A DNA stretch of 64,000 bases from Octopus sinensis (GCF_006345805.1 NC_043010.1:1736001-1800000); one strand, 5' to 3'. Positions 11,232 to 25,679 are shown, counted from the first letter of the stretch. The notes: generated by a model from the sequence alone, not told the origin. Numbers and translations: made by a program.

Positions 11232-12598
11232 TATATATATACATACGTATATATATGTATACCTATACATGTATATATATACATACATATATCCATGTAT
11301 ATATACATATGTATATATATGCATATATACATGTACATATATATATCATATATATATACATATATGTATATAATAGTACATTACATAACACACCACACAA
11401 ACACTCGCACTTATGTCTATATATAATATATATATATAATATATATATATATATATTATATATCTATAATAGGCGGTTGTAGATATGTAGCCATCTTGAC
11501 ACTACAAAAGAACAATTATAACTGCACATGTTAGACTTGGAGGGATTTCAAAATATTTAATTTCACGAATTCCTCTTCACCGTTCTTCCTCTAATCGTTA
11601 TCCTACCCCTAACACTACTACCACTACCACCAACACAACAACATTTCTTCAATCATACTACCAGTCAGTAATCTGGTTACCAAAGTTTATTGCTTGCAGC
11701 AAACACGAGGAGTTTGCTGGTAGTTTTTCATTTTGCCAGATTTGGTGAAACATATATATATACATTACATACGTATTACCACACACACACACACACACCA
11801 CCACACACCCAACATATATATATATATACATACATCATATACATATATACATATAATATTTATATATATATATATATATAGATCATATATGAATCTATGT
11901 ATAGATATATATATATATGTGTGTGTGTGTGTAGTGCATATATATATATGTGTGTATTTATATATATGTATACATATTCGTATCCATATACGTGTATATA
12001 TATATATATATACATATACATGCACATAAATTTACTTGTGCATATAACTATATATGTTGTATGTATGTGTGTGAGTATGTGTATATATGTGCGTGTGTGT
12101 GTGTGACAAAGAGAGAGAGACACACACACACAGACAGAGACAGAGACAAAGTCAGACAGACAGAAAGAGAAAGAGAGAGATGAGAAATGAATTATACACA
12201 CACAAACAGGTATGCATATATGCATTTATAGATACATCTGTACATGCGTAGATATAAACAGGTACGTGAATGAAAACATACACAAGCACGTTGTATATAT
12301 ACAAGCGTGTATATATACAAGCGTGTATATGTTGTTATACACATATGTTAATACAAAATTTAACATATAAAATTATATGCAGTAACAAAATATTGAAATT
12401 GGTTTGTGTCATGTGTGTGAATGGGTGTGTGTGAGAGAGAGGGTGGGTGGTAACAGAAAGAGAGGGATAAGAAATGAATCAGTGCGACCATACACACTAA
12501 TCGTGTACACACACACACACACACACACAGATATACGCACAGTTCCAAGCTAATAATTAGTACGCACGCAGAAACATATCTGTGTATGTAAACTTATG

Positions 12599-12648
<50 letters not shown>

Positions 12649-12974
12649 ATATATATGTGCATGTGTCGTGTGTTAATGTTATGTATGTATGTATATATAT
12701 ATATATATATATATATTATTGATTGATTGATTGAATTCTTTGAAATCATATGCAAATGAGTATGTGCGCATTCTTAGCTATTCATATGCACACACCTACG
12801 CACACCACATGTTTATATATGTATATGTGTGTTAGCATACACACACACACACATATGTATGTACACCATATAAGTATATACACATACATACGTACTTACT
12901 ATCTACGTATAACTTTGTACGTATGTCTAAATATGCGATTCGCTAGCATGCATATATATGTATATTTATATATG

Positions 12975-13066
<92 letters not shown>

Positions 13067-13234
13067 AATATAAATATAAATATATATGTTATATATATAT
13101 ATATACTCAGATTCATAAATATTAAATGCACACACTTATATTCACGCGTGAAAACGCGCATGGACTCATAGTTACACACACACAACACACACATATCTCC
13201 ATATATAAACACACAGACACGCACACACACACAC

Positions 13235-13269
<35 letters not shown>

Positions 13270-13655
13270 CGAAACATAGAAAGTAAAAAAGAAAGGACAG
13301 AGTTACTTAGAAAGAGTGATTGGAGAGAAAGGCAGAGGTAGGAGGAGAAGCGGGTAGGGGTGAGAGAGAGAGGGGGAGGGGTAAGGAGGATGGAAAGTTC
13401 AAAACATGTTTGATGACAATACTTTAGAATACTGAATTTATAATATCTTATATTGAACGACCTTCGGTAACAATGTTTTCAATAATCGATAGAAATTGCA
13501 TTGTTTTTATTGTTTGGGACTTTTTTTAACATATCAGACTTCAATACGATGTACAAAAAATTTTAAGGTTATGCAAATTATATGTATTCATAAATACATA
13601 CGCACCTCCCACATGCATACATATGAGTACACATTCACACACACACACGTAAGTG

Positions 13656-13691
<36 letters not shown>

Positions 13692-14100
13692 ATATGAATG
13701 CATTATATATATGTGTGTGTGTGTGTGTACATACATATATTTGTTTAGTGTGGTGCATATCTATATATATATATATATATCTATATATATATATATTATA
13801 TATATATATATAGTATGTGTGTGTGTGTGTGTGTGAGTGTGTGTATGTATATAAATTATGTACGAATATAAATTATATACATATGTGTATTTGCGTGTGC
13901 ACATACACACATGTATATAATTTATATTCGCATATAATTTATATACGTACACACATACACACACCCACATATATATAATATAATATATAATGCATTCATA
14001 TCTATATACGCGTTCAAATGCATACGCAATACACACATACGCATATATAATTTATGTTCATACAAATATTTATATTAATATATATATATATATATATACA
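10880..14100. repeat. Compound (TA)n/(CA)n/(TG)n/(GA)n microsatellite-rich block
   Basis: Direct reading. Confidence 0.9.
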
Positions 14101-14376
14101 CACAAATACACACACAAAGCGAGAGAGAGAGAGGTGAGGAATCTCTTTAAAGTTTAACATTATTATAGAATGGTTTGTTACCAGCGTCACCAGAAGATAT
14201 GTTGTGATGTTTTAAACAATCTTCAATTCTTGAAGTCTATGTGGAAATTCACCTTTATCTGCGCTGAATCTCACTTTCAGCCATATTTTCATCCATATTC
14301 TCATCTATCTTCAAGTCTTTTTTCAATTTCTATTGTTTTATTGTTGTATTTCTGTTCTTGCCAAATAAAAAAATGA

Positions 14377-14585
14377 TTAACCCTTTGAGCAAGCGTGTAC
14401 GTTTCGTTTGACTATAATATACACCTGGAAGACGCAAGCGCGGGCAGTCACATGGTTTATCCTTACGGTTCGCTGATTGGCAGAAACATGATTATTTTCA
14501 GACATAAACAGAAAACTATGTGATCACCCGCTTTTGCGTCTTCCAAGAGGATCATCAAACGAAAACGTGTCCGCTAAAGCGTAGC
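14377..14585. mobile_element. Imperfect foldback element, possibly a piggyBac-type MITE
   Basis: TTAA-CCCTTT left end; arms GTTTCGTTTGA / TCAAACGAAAAC and TGGAAGACGCAAGCGCGGG / CCCGCTTTTGCGTCTTCCA; right TTAA not intact. Confidence 0.5.
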
Positions 14586-15556
14586 TGCAGATTCAAGGTG
14601 TTGTTGCTAGAATATTGGCGAAGTCCCAAACGCCAAGTCACTGTTTAGGAATTGAGCTTGATTCACAATATGCAAACGTAAAAATGACTGTAAACACTAA
14701 AACAGGATTTTGTCAGCGATATATAACGTCAGAAAGCGACTAACCATTCAGGTCTTTGGGAGATACATTACGAACGTCTTTTCATGTAGTAGTTGGGCTG
14801 ATCGGCAAATATGCAATAGAACCAGCAGATGTGTAACTCATTAGAATACCTGTTGCAGGCAACATATTGCAATAACATTGTCATTGACGATTTTGTCTTT
14901 GGCGCCCTTCTTTGACAGAACTTTAGGTAATATATAAACCGTTCGTCTGGCAAACCACCTGTAGTCATGACATTTAAAGTCAACTCTCTGCTGGAACCTA
15001 CGCCACTAATCTTCGGTTACAGAAGTCGACAACTATAACCCACTGTCATTGCTGACACTCACTTCTCTCACGGACACATCTGAAGAAAATCACTCGGTGT
15101 AAACATCTCTTCCTGTTGTCGTAGCCTGTCATTACCGAGTAAATATGCCTTTAAGACACTCTGCTTTAATGACACACCAAATGTCACTAAAGTTCTATCT
15201 GCAAATATTAAAATATTAAAGGCTACACTTAAAACTAAATTTAATATGAAAGACAAATATAGCGTTCTTATTTTCACTATACATCTAACATAACTGCATA
15301 ACTTTTATCTTTTACCTGTTTTAGCCGTTGGACTACAGCTATGCTGAAGCAAAGCTTTTAATCAAACAAATCAACCCCAGAACTTATCTTTTTAAAAGCC
15401 TGGTATTTATATTATCGGTCACTTTTGCCTAAACGCTAGGTCTCGGGGACGTAAACACACCATCACAAGTTGTCAAGCAGTGAGTGGTAGGGGACAAACA
15501 AGGATGCAAAGACGTGCACACATATATATTATACCTCCACACACACACACACACTC

Positions 15557-15588
<32 letters not shown>

Positions 15589-15610
15589 TATATAGATAGA
15601 TAGATATATA

Positions 15611-15955
15611 GGCGCAGGAGTGGATGTGTGGTAAGTAGCATGCTTACCAACCACATAGTTCCGGGTTTCGTCCCACTGCGTGACACTTTGGACAAATGTC
15701 TTCTGCTATAGCCTTGGGCCGACCAAAGTCTTGGGAGTGGATTTTGTAGACGGAAACTGAAAGAAGCGCGTCGTATGTGTGTGTCTGTGTTTGTCTCCCC
15801 ACCATCACTTGACAACCGATGCTGGTGTGTTTACGTCCCCTTAACTTACCGGTTCGGTAAAAGAGACCCGCTAGAATAAGTCCTGGGGTCGATTAGTTCG
15901 ACTAAAGGCGATGCTCCAGTATGGCCGCAGTCAACCGACTGAAACAAATAAAAGA
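15611..15955 (+). mobile_element. SINE family A, near full length; further partial copies at about 3815-3968(+), 15315-15510(-), 15990-16120(+), 16170-16325(-), 16360-16705(+), 21040-21160(-)
   Basis: GGCGCAGGAGTGGATGTGTGGTAAG tRNA-like head, CAAATGTCTTCTGCTATAGCC, GTAGACGGAAACTGAAAGAAG, tail GACTAAAGGCGATGCTCCAGTATGGCCGCAGTC. Confidence 0.85.
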
Positions 15956-16122
15956 AAAAAAAACAAAAATATATTCGTCCTTTTTTGTCACCGCACCACC
16001 ACTTGACAACCGGTGTTGGTGTGTTTACGTCCTTGTAACATAATGGTTCGGCAAAAGAGATCGGTAGAATAAGTACCAGGTTTAATAAAAAAATAAGTGC
16101 TAATGACTGAAACAAGCAAAAG

Positions 16123-16169
<47 letters not shown>

Positions 16170-17667
16170 CCACCGACTTCTTCCTGTTTCCGTCTATCAA
16201 GTCCACTCATAAGGCCCAAGTCTATTGTAGACGACACATGCCCAAGGTGCCATATAGTAGGACTGAACCCGGAACCATGTAGTTGGGAAGCAAGTTTCTT
16301 ACCATACAGCCACACCTCCGCCTATATGTATGCTTTATGAATACATACATATGTATGTATTCCAAAAGCCCGTTGTTTCGGGTTCTGTCGCGCTGCTCGG
16401 CATCTTCATCAAGTGTCTTCCGCCATGCTGCGTGCTTGAATTTGATAGACGGTATCATGTTGTAGGAGCCAGTTGCATTTGTGTGTGTGCGTGTGTCTAC
16501 GTTTTACAAACCTCTCACTACTTGACAACCGGTATTAGTTTGTTTACGTCCCTGTCACTTAATGTTTCGGCCTATGAGACCGATAAAATGAATACCTCCC
16601 TTAAAAACAAAAACAAAACGTAAAGTTCTGGGATAGATTTGTTCGACTAAAACCCCCTCAAGGCGGTGCTCCAGCATGGCCTCAGTCTAATGACTGAAAC
16701 AAAAAGACACGATATGCTAACAAAAGCAAAAAAATAAAAATGCTTGGAATATCATTCATCGTAGGCTTGTTTGATCAAAACTGGCCTACAGCTATAATTA
16801 CAAGAATAACATTTGAACCGCAATGATTTCAGCTTAAATTCTGATTAACACTTCCTTTTGAAATAATTACTTCTATATGAAACATGGCCTCTATCGATAA
16901 TAACAATGGTTATAATCATAGAACTAATTTGTATCTCCACCCACGATCTTTAAGCATAGCTTTAAGGAGTCTATTATGTATCTACACACTTACACACAAA
17001 CTTACATTGTGACTATTCATGCAAACACCTGACAAATCCAAGTAAATATCCAAAAATTGTACAAACATTTAATAAACGCTCTCACGAAGAAATTTCATTT
17101 AATATTTATTTTTTTTACGAGAAAATTATTGTTTATAGTTTGTTTTCCGGGTCATTAACCTTAATTTTAATCTCTCATCTGATACATTATATTTTGTTAC
17201 TATATTCTGCTACTGTTATGACAAGTTTCTTCTTTTTTATTTTTTTGTGGAAGGTGCCTTGAAAGCCAGCGTTTTTAAGATTATTATCCTTTTAGCCAAC
17301 AGATTTTAATCAGCGTAGTATTATATTGGAGCTTACGAAGTAGGGTGGAAAATATCATGAGGGAACTATAAGAGCTGATAACTGTTTAGAAAGGGTCGTA
17401 ATTTTTCTTAGAAATACAAAATTTAAACCAGGTTAAACACCTATAGACATGTGTATCATACTGAAAGAAAATAAGGCAAATTTACTACGATGTTCGTCCG
17501 CAGATATCACTTATGAATGTGGTGGGTTCAAAAACACAATATATATCGGAGGGAGAAACTGGTCCATTATATATTGTGCTCTTAAACACAGCACGTTGGA
17601 AAGAGATATTACCACTGGAAGAAGAATAGATCAGTTAATTTTCCTTTCACGAATATATTCACAAGTA

Positions 17668-17865
17668 TATATATAAAGTTAATCCAAACAAGAAAACACA
17701 GAAAAAAAGAGAAAAAAACACAGCAACGCGAGAACGTGGAACAATTAAAGTATTATTGACGCTCAGGAAAGAAGGGAAGGAGGGTTTAACGTTTCGAGCG
17801 GAGCTCTTCGTCGGAAACAAGGAGAAGGAAAGATCCTAAGAAGAGAAGACAGAGGAAAAAATATT
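17668..17865 (-). mobile_element. Penelope-like/retrozyme-like element, family 1 copy 2
   Basis: Homology to 1344-1553; begins after a short (TA)n with GTTAATCCAAACAAGAAAAC. Confidence 0.7.
17784..17818 (-). ncRNA. Hammerhead-like motif, family 1 copy 2 (CCGACGA core variant)
   Basis: GUUU-CCGACGA-A-GAGC(UCC)GCUC-GAA-ACGU-U^AAAC; U4 replaced by C. Confidence 0.5.
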
Positions 17866-18282
17866 TAAGCTGGTGGTGCTCAAGAGATCACAAAATCAGA
17901 AAAGGAGAGAACCTCAGGTTAACAAACACATCGATTGGATCACATTTATAGTTTTTTTTTAATACAAAACATGACAAAACAAATAGATTTGTTACGTCAC
18001 CTATTAGTTATGTCATGATTTGTATTAAAAAATAAGCTATAAATGTGGTCCAATTGATGGGTTTGTAAATCTGAAGTTCTCTCCATTTTCTGAATATTAG
18101 TGTTTGTTTCTTGATAAACCCTTGTTTACCCTGTTGCTACTTGCACCCTACGAGCATGGTAGTGTGCCTGCACCCCAATGCCCGGGGATAATACGAGTAA
18201 CAGATACCGATAGTACATACTGATATTTTAGCCCTTAACCGGTTTATAACTGCTAACTCTTTCTCTCTCTCTCTTTCTCTCC

Positions 18283-18376
<94 letters not shown>

Positions 18377-19299
18377 AGCGGTTATAAATTGTTCGTGTTG
18401 TTGTTGGGGTCATTAGAATTTATAAACTTTCGAGAGAATGTGAAATAATTCGTTATTAGAATTGGTTCAGGAAGCACATATATGCAATGAATAATAGTTT
18501 CACATTTCGGCACAAAGCCAGCACTTTTTAGAGGAATGTGGAAAGTTGATTATATTGAGCCCCAGTGCTCAATTGCTACTTATTTTATTGACTCCGAAAG
18601 GATAAAAGGCAAAGTTGACCTCAGCGAAATTTGAACTCAGAACATAAAGACGGGAGAAATACCGCTAAGCAATTCGCCCGGCGTGCTAACGATTCTATCT
18701 TTGAATTGCAATAAATAATGATATGTAAATATTGGGTTGTAGAATCCTTCAAATTTTTCTAAAACAATAATAAAGTTAAAGTGAAGGACGAGTATATAGC
18801 GAGTGCGTTTATTTAGCGAAAACTAAAAAAAAGTGATCGACCCGAAATATAACGATATCTCTTTCTATACACGATTTCACATCAGAAACCTTGCAAAACA
18901 AATTCATGAAATTATACGTACGTGTGTGTGTGTGTGTGTATGTTCATGTGTATTTATATGTACGTTTATGCTATATTGTTTTAATTTACCTTATGTGTAT
19001 TCTATTTTTTTCTTTCTGTTTATTGGACAGACATTGGAATATCTTGCTTAACATGTCATTCTCCAGCGGTCTTTTGATAGAAATGTATGTATATGTCTTT
19101 GCACGCGCACATATTGATTGAAATACGCGCACACACTCACACATGCGTGCAAAACGCGCGCGCACACACTCACGTACACATACAAACACAAACACACACA
19201 CAGAAACACACACGAAACCGAAATGAGGATGTATACAATATCACAGGTATTTTTGTCGTTATAGCTGTTAGTGAAGTTACTGCTACCACTATTGCAGCT

Positions 19300-19346
19300 G
19301 CTGCTGCTACTACTGCTGCTGCTGCAGATGATGATGATGATGATGA

Positions 19347-19399
<53 letters not shown>

Positions 19400-19583
19400 A
19401 ATGGTGATGGTGATGGTGAACATGTAATTGATGATGTGTATGATTATGAAGACGACGATAACGATGATGTTGATGATGATGATGATGACAGTGGTGCTGG
19501 TGTTGGTGGTGGTGGTGATGAGGTGTGTGATGCTGTTATTGTTATCACTAATTGCTGCTGACACTATCGACACCCCCACTTCA

Positions 19584-19625
<42 letters not shown>

Positions 19626-19769
19626 CACCAACTTTACGCTTTCACCATCGTCGTTGTCATTCCGAGCTGTCACATAGGTTGCAAAAGGCTACTACAGTAG
19701 TCACCATCATCATCATCATCATCATCATCACCATCATCATCATCAACATCAACACCACCGTCGTCGTCG

Positions 19770-19826
<57 letters not shown>

Positions 19827-19830
19827 CCGT
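19300..19830. repeat. (GAT)n tract (about 19327-19490) and complementary (CAT)n tract (about 19700-19830)
   Basis: Direct reading. Confidence 0.9.
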
Positions 19831-20592
19831 CTTTGTCGTCGTCGTCGTTATCATTCACATAAAGATCAATGAACATCATCATTTCCATAATCGTCATAAT
19901 TGTAATCGTCGTCGTCATAGGCACACACACATCATAATCATCATCATCGCCACCACCAAATATATCTTCCTCTATTTCCTCATAATTATGTTTCTATACT
20001 GCACCCCACCGCCACTTCCACTTCATTTACCTTCTCTTTCTCATTAACATCATCATTATTACTATCCCTATACATTATCATTATCATCATCCTCATCATC
20101 GTCTTCGTCGCTGCAATCATCCCTTTCAAGATGGAGAAAGAAGTTAAAAACAGGGTTTGTGCAAATGACAAACTCGAAATTTTATTATTAAAATTCTGCC
20201 AAAAATGTGGAATGTTTGTAATATTTAGCGAAGCCAACATTTCAAATTAGGTGCCAAAACCAGTTTCGAAAGATAATTTGACGTTTGTAACTCGATTCAT
20301 ATGGTCAACCTCGCGGCAGATATCATGGGATTTTAAATTCCAAATGACTGACAATAGAAGATTTTCATATCAGAATTGCTATGAAATTTTCCGGACAATC
20401 AAACCTCATTTCAGAAGTTTTCACCAACGGCCCCCGACTTCTGGCTCACACACGTACTGTCTCCTCTTACAGTTCTTTCTCTCTCTCTCTTTTTTGTTAC
20501 TGCAATAATGGCGTCTAATCCTTGAAGGTGACTGATCTCGAGCCACTACTTACTCACATCAACTATACTGTGACCCTGCGTCCCTTCTCTTC

Positions 20593-21003
20593 GGTGAGCT
20601 GGCAGAAATGTTAGCGCGCCGGGCGAAATGCTTAGCGGTATTTCGTTTGCCGTTACGTGCTGAGTTCAAATTCCGCCGATGTCGACTTTGCCTTTCATCC
20701 TTTCGGGGTCGATAAATTAAGTACCAATAACGCACTGGGGTCGATATAATCAACTTAATCCCTTTGTCTGTCCTTGTTTGTCCCCTCTGTGTTTAGCCCC
20801 TTATGGGTAGTAAAGAAATAGGTATTTCGTCTGTCTTTACGTTCTGAGTTCCAATTCCGCCGAGGTCGACTTTGCCTTTCATCCTTTCGGGGTCGATAAA
20901 TAAAGTACCAGCTTCGCACTGGGGTCGATGAAATCGACTTAATCCCTTTGTCTGTCCTTGTTTGTCCCCTCTATGTTTAGCCCCTTGTGGGCAATAAAGA
21001 AAT
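20593..21003 (+). mobile_element. SINE family B head-to-tail dimer (second unit from 20821 lacks its 5' end)
   Basis: GGTGAGCTGGCAGAA head; GACTTTGCCTTTCATCCTTTCGGGGTCGATAAA core (resembles Nin/Deu-type SINE domains, unverified) and tail TTTAGCCCCTT..GGG..ATAAAGAAATA, each present twice. Confidence 0.85.
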
Positions 21004-23352
21004 ATATTGTTGCCTGCCATACCTCAATGTTCGGCCTGCAGTAACAGTGTCCGTCTACCAACTCCACTCACAAAGGCTTTGGTCAGCTCCAGGCTATAGT
21101 TGTAGACAATTGTCCGAGATATCACGCAGTGGGACTGAACCCAGAAAGCACACTTTTACCGCACAACCACCACAAACTTGGAGAGAGAGAGAGAGAGAGA
21201 GAGGGGGGAGGGGAAAGAGACGGGGAACGAGAGAAACATTAAAAAGACTAATGTCAAATAAGTCAGCGTCGACTCAGCGACGCCATATATGCGGCACCAA
21301 AATGGCCGTAGCACAACGTTTCATATTCAGCCCAAATTCACAATTCTTTGTAAACAAAACGGAGGTGCTCACATCTGTAAACCTTTGATCGCAGGTTTAT
21401 TCAAGTTGAGCTGTCCTGAAATTAAATGATACAACGGTGGGGTAGGAGATAAAAACATGTCCGCCACTCTATCCTCGAGGCTGTTTATGACCTCAAAATT
21501 TTGTAGACTAAATCAAACGTAATATTTTTCATTTAAGTATTTTGGTAGAATTTTTAATCGAAAAAATTACTTTTGTTTGTTAAAGGTCAATAAATAAATA
21601 AAAAAACGCTGAGAAAAGTTGCCCTTTAAAATTTGAAGGAAGAATTATGTTGGAGGGTGAGGAAAAGAGAGGGAGGAAGAGAGGGAAGAGACAGACAGAC
21701 AGACGAGGAAAAAGAGACAGGGAGAGAGCGAGCGAGAGAGAGTGGCGAGTTTGGTGGAGAAACGGACAGATACAAAGAAACAAATAAAACAAACAAGAGA
21801 GGGAAAGAGAGTGAAGGAGAAAGGGAGATAGTGGGGATGGAGGGAGAGAGAAACAGACAGACAGACATAGAGACAGTGATAGCGAGAGACAGACAGACAG
21901 AAACGACCAACCGGACAGCCAGCCAGCCAGCCAGCCTGACAGTCAGCCAGACAGACAGACAGAGATAGCGTTAGAGATGGACAGACCAAACAAGTATCAG
22001 TTGAGCAATGGAGTTGATGCAATCGACTTGCCCCTCCCCTTACAGAATTGCTGGCCTTGTACCAAAACTAGAAAGAATTATATTTAGCGCCCTCTTTAGT
22101 TTTTTTGCATAGGCACAAATCTACAAATTTTACGGTAAGGGTTTAATCGATGAATTCGCCTCTCCCAGTATTTTGTTGGTATTTTAAAAAGTGAAGTCAC
22201 ATGGACTAGTGGTTAGGGTGTTGCACTCGCGGTCTTGTGACCGCGGTTTCGACTCCCGGACCGATTTTGCGTTGTGTTCTTGAGCAAAACTCTTCATTTC
22301 GCATTGCTCCAGTCCACTCAGTTGCACATGGGCTCCCTTGTGACAGACTGGAATCCCATTCAGGAAGGAGGATGTTGTGGTCTCGGTCACTCATACACCA
22401 TGGAAATCAGGTTAATTGCTCGATCTATCCTTGGACAGTAACGTTCAAAAAACTTTCTTCGTCTTCTTCTTCACCTTCCCCTTGTCCTTCACCTTCTCCC
22501 TCTTCCTCTTCTTTTTCTCCATCTACTTCTGATTATTTTTCTCCTACTTCCTCTTCCACTTCTTTTTCTCCTACTTATTCCTCCTCCTCTTCTTCTTCCC
22601 CTTCCTCTTCTTTCTCTCCTAATTCCTCCTCCTCTAGTTTTCCTTCTTTTTCCACTTTGTCTTCCTCTCCTTCCTCTTCCTCATCCTTTTATTTCTTCTT
22701 ATTCCCCTTCCTTTTCTTTTTTCCTCTCCCTCTTCCTTCTCTTTCTTTTTCTACCTTTTCCTTTCTTTCCTCTTCTTCCTCTCCTGCATCCTCCTCCTGC
22801 ATCTTCTTCGTATTCCATTCACATCTACAATGCATTATAGTCATATAGATCTGTTGCAGTACTTACTTAAGAGGTACTTTATTTTACGAGCTCCAATGAG
22901 ATAAAAGGCAAAGTTGACTTCGGCAGGATTTGAACTTAGAACGTAAAGAGCCTTAAATAAATGCCGCACAAGTATTGTTACTGAGGCCGATATAATGGAA
23001 TCGATCAAACCCACCTTCCCTAAAAACTTGAGTAAATGTGTCTATGATAGAAATCACTGTAACATATTGACAGAAACTAAGGAGTTTGGTTCCAGTTGGA
23101 TATTCTATTTCCGTCTCTTGATAATACCATTATTCCAAAGTTCGTCTGTTCTGGAGTTTAGAGTTACAAATCACATCCAAAATATCTGCCAACGAAGTGT
23201 TCTCATGGGAAGGATCTGTAGAAACAGTAAAAGGCTGAGTCAACAAAAGTCACGTTATCGGTCGAAGAACTGATTAGAAAAAAAAAACATACTCAGGCGC
23301 ACCTTCTGTATAAAAATTTAATAGTAAAGTAGATGCTAACTTATCTAATGTA

Positions 23353-23590
23353 TTGGGTTGTCTGGAAAGTTCGTGCCGATTTGTAGTAGCTTACCTTTCG
23401 ACTTATTTTAGAACATGGTTGAGTCCATAAAATAGGATTTCACTAGACCTCCATTTAGAGTTTAAGGAAAGATGGAAACGCATTGTGCAACAAAATGTTT
23501 CATATTTGGTTGATTAAAAATGTAATGGCAAGTATTTATTGAGCTTTTTCTTTCCTTTACAAATCGGCACGAACTTTCCGGACAACCCAA
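23353..23590 (+). mobile_element. Internally deleted mariner element (MITE)
   Basis: 33-bp TIRs TTGGGTTGTC(T/C)GGAAAGTTCGTGCCGATTTGTA with one mismatch; TA TSD; residual transposase end EFKERWKRIVQQNVSYLVD*. Confidence 0.9.
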
Positions 23591-25640
23591 TAGTAAGTCA
23601 ATACATTTCAAATAATTTCTTTCTAATTTTGTTAGGGACGGGCAAATCAATTATGTCGACTCCAGTGCTCAATTGGTACTTATTTTATCGACCTCGTAAG
23701 AATCAAAGGTAAATTCGACCTTGGCAGCATTTGAACTCAGCGTAAAGAGCCGGCTGAAATGCCGAAAAGTATTGAGCTAATAATTCTTCCAGCTCACCGT
23801 TTTAATATATTTCAATAATTAAGATTACACATTTAGCGATGAAGATAATCGATATCTTAAATTAATAATTATAACCAAAAAAAAAAAAAAGCGAAATTTT
23901 AATTAATTACAATTATTTAAATATGAAAGACGACGAACTGACAATGGTTATCGTGTTCAACAAAATGATTTGCAGCATTTCTTTCGGTTTTACGTTCAAA
24001 TTTCGCCGTGGTCGTCTTTGTCTTTCATTCTTTTGAGGTCGTTGAAATAAGTATCAGTTGGTTTCGAATTTTGGCACAGAGCCAGCAATTCCGGAGGAGG
24101 GAATAAGTCGATTACATGGATCCCACTGCTTAACTGGTACTTATTTTATTGATTCGGAAGAATGAAAGGTAAAATTTACCTTGGCGGAATGTGAACTCAG
24201 AACGTAAAGACGGACGAAATGCCGCTATGCACTTTGTTCGGCCTGCTAACGATTCTGCTCGCTTGCCGCCTTTGAAAATTCAAATACTGGTTTCAAATTT
24301 CAATGCAAAGCTAGCAATTTTATTAGGGTGATTGCAGTAGTTGACTGGTAATTATTTTATCAAACCGGAAAAGATAAAAAATGGTTTGCCTTAGATTTTT
24401 ATTAGAACGCAAATCACTCCTATATTGTCATTGTTGTTTAGCCCCAGACATATAATTTGCATTTCACCCCTATGGGATCAATAAGATAAAGTGCTAGTCC
24501 AGTACCCGAGTTGATGGACTTGGCTAGCCTCTTGACCCCACAAAATTGCTGACCTTCTGCTTGAATTAGAAAGAATTATTAGCGGTCAGTATGCAGAGCA
24601 TTGAACTTTGTTTAAAAGAAGTCATCAAGATATTTGCTCCGGCGCTCTACATTCTACGTTCAAATCCTACAAAAGTCAACGTCGCCTTTTATTCTTCTGG
24701 AATTGAGGAATAAATTACCAGAATAGGATCGGGAACAGGGGGTGCTGAGGGTGCAAGCGCACCCCTTCAAATTTTCGTGGGGCAATAAAAACGCTCTGAA
24801 TACCCTACTGACAACTGGATTTGCATCCCCTAAGCAAATTTCGTCCCCGCACATATGTTCCAATTGATATTTAGAGCGATAATTATCGTGTTATTTCTAC
24901 CAGCGAATTTCTACCCCTAATTTCTACGTTAGAAATTATTATTAAACACTCAGTAAAGCTCTATTTGTCCTTATTACATGTACAACTGGATTAAAGGCGG
25001 CGGATTAACAATAAAATATCCTGTGGTATCTAGTTAGGAGTATGTTATTGCATTCACGATCAAATCCCAGTCGAGATAAACGTTGTGTTTCTCCTATCAT
25101 CATCATCATCATTATTATGAACCCTTGCGCATAACTGATCCGAGTCCTACGACTCGTAGACCAGGAAGTGATGGATAGGGTAGTGAGAATTGGGCGTGAG
25201 AAATGAGGCAATGAAAGGAGCGGAACGTGACGTGGGGCAACGAAAATGAGACAATAAAGAGGTCAAGGTGAGCAAATTAGCTGAGTTGCTGCCTGGTGCC
25301 GTTGAGCAGCCATTTACTACTCCGAGGTTGGTTGTTGGAGAAGAGAACCTCGGCAATCAGAAAGAAATCAATAAATGCTTATTTCGACTCTCTCTTTTTC
25401 CCCACTCCGTCACCTCTCTCTTTTCCTCTACTCCACCAACTCTTTTCAACATCACCACCACCACCACCACCATCATCATCATCATCGTCTCTCCCGTCCG
25501 CCATTTTAAAAGAGTCATGCTGAATACAGATTTGGTAGCATAAAGATTGTTAAGCTTAAGTTTTAATACTTTCATTCTCAGCTGGAATTAAGTAAACCAA
25601 GTTCGTTGTCAGAATAAAATTACACACACACACACACACA

Positions 25641-25679
<39 letters not shown>

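Noticed and set aside
10330-14036. Many ORFs of YI, HT, CV type (also 25556-27847, 33184-34620, 41076-43523)
   Set aside because: Translations of dinucleotide and tetranucleotide repeats; no coding signal.
14768-15277. Short minus-strand ORFs as transposase or exon
   Set aside because: No recognisable motif in any frame; kept only as an unexplained island.
16365-16420. Minus-strand UUGAUGAAG...CGAAAC hammerhead look-alike
   Set aside because: It aligns to a degenerate SINE A head; no stem II and the core C is missing.
19271-20047. Poly-D, poly-M, poly-I and poly-H ORFs (also 32679-33437, 38478-38985)
   Set aside because: Trinucleotide microsatellites open in several frames.
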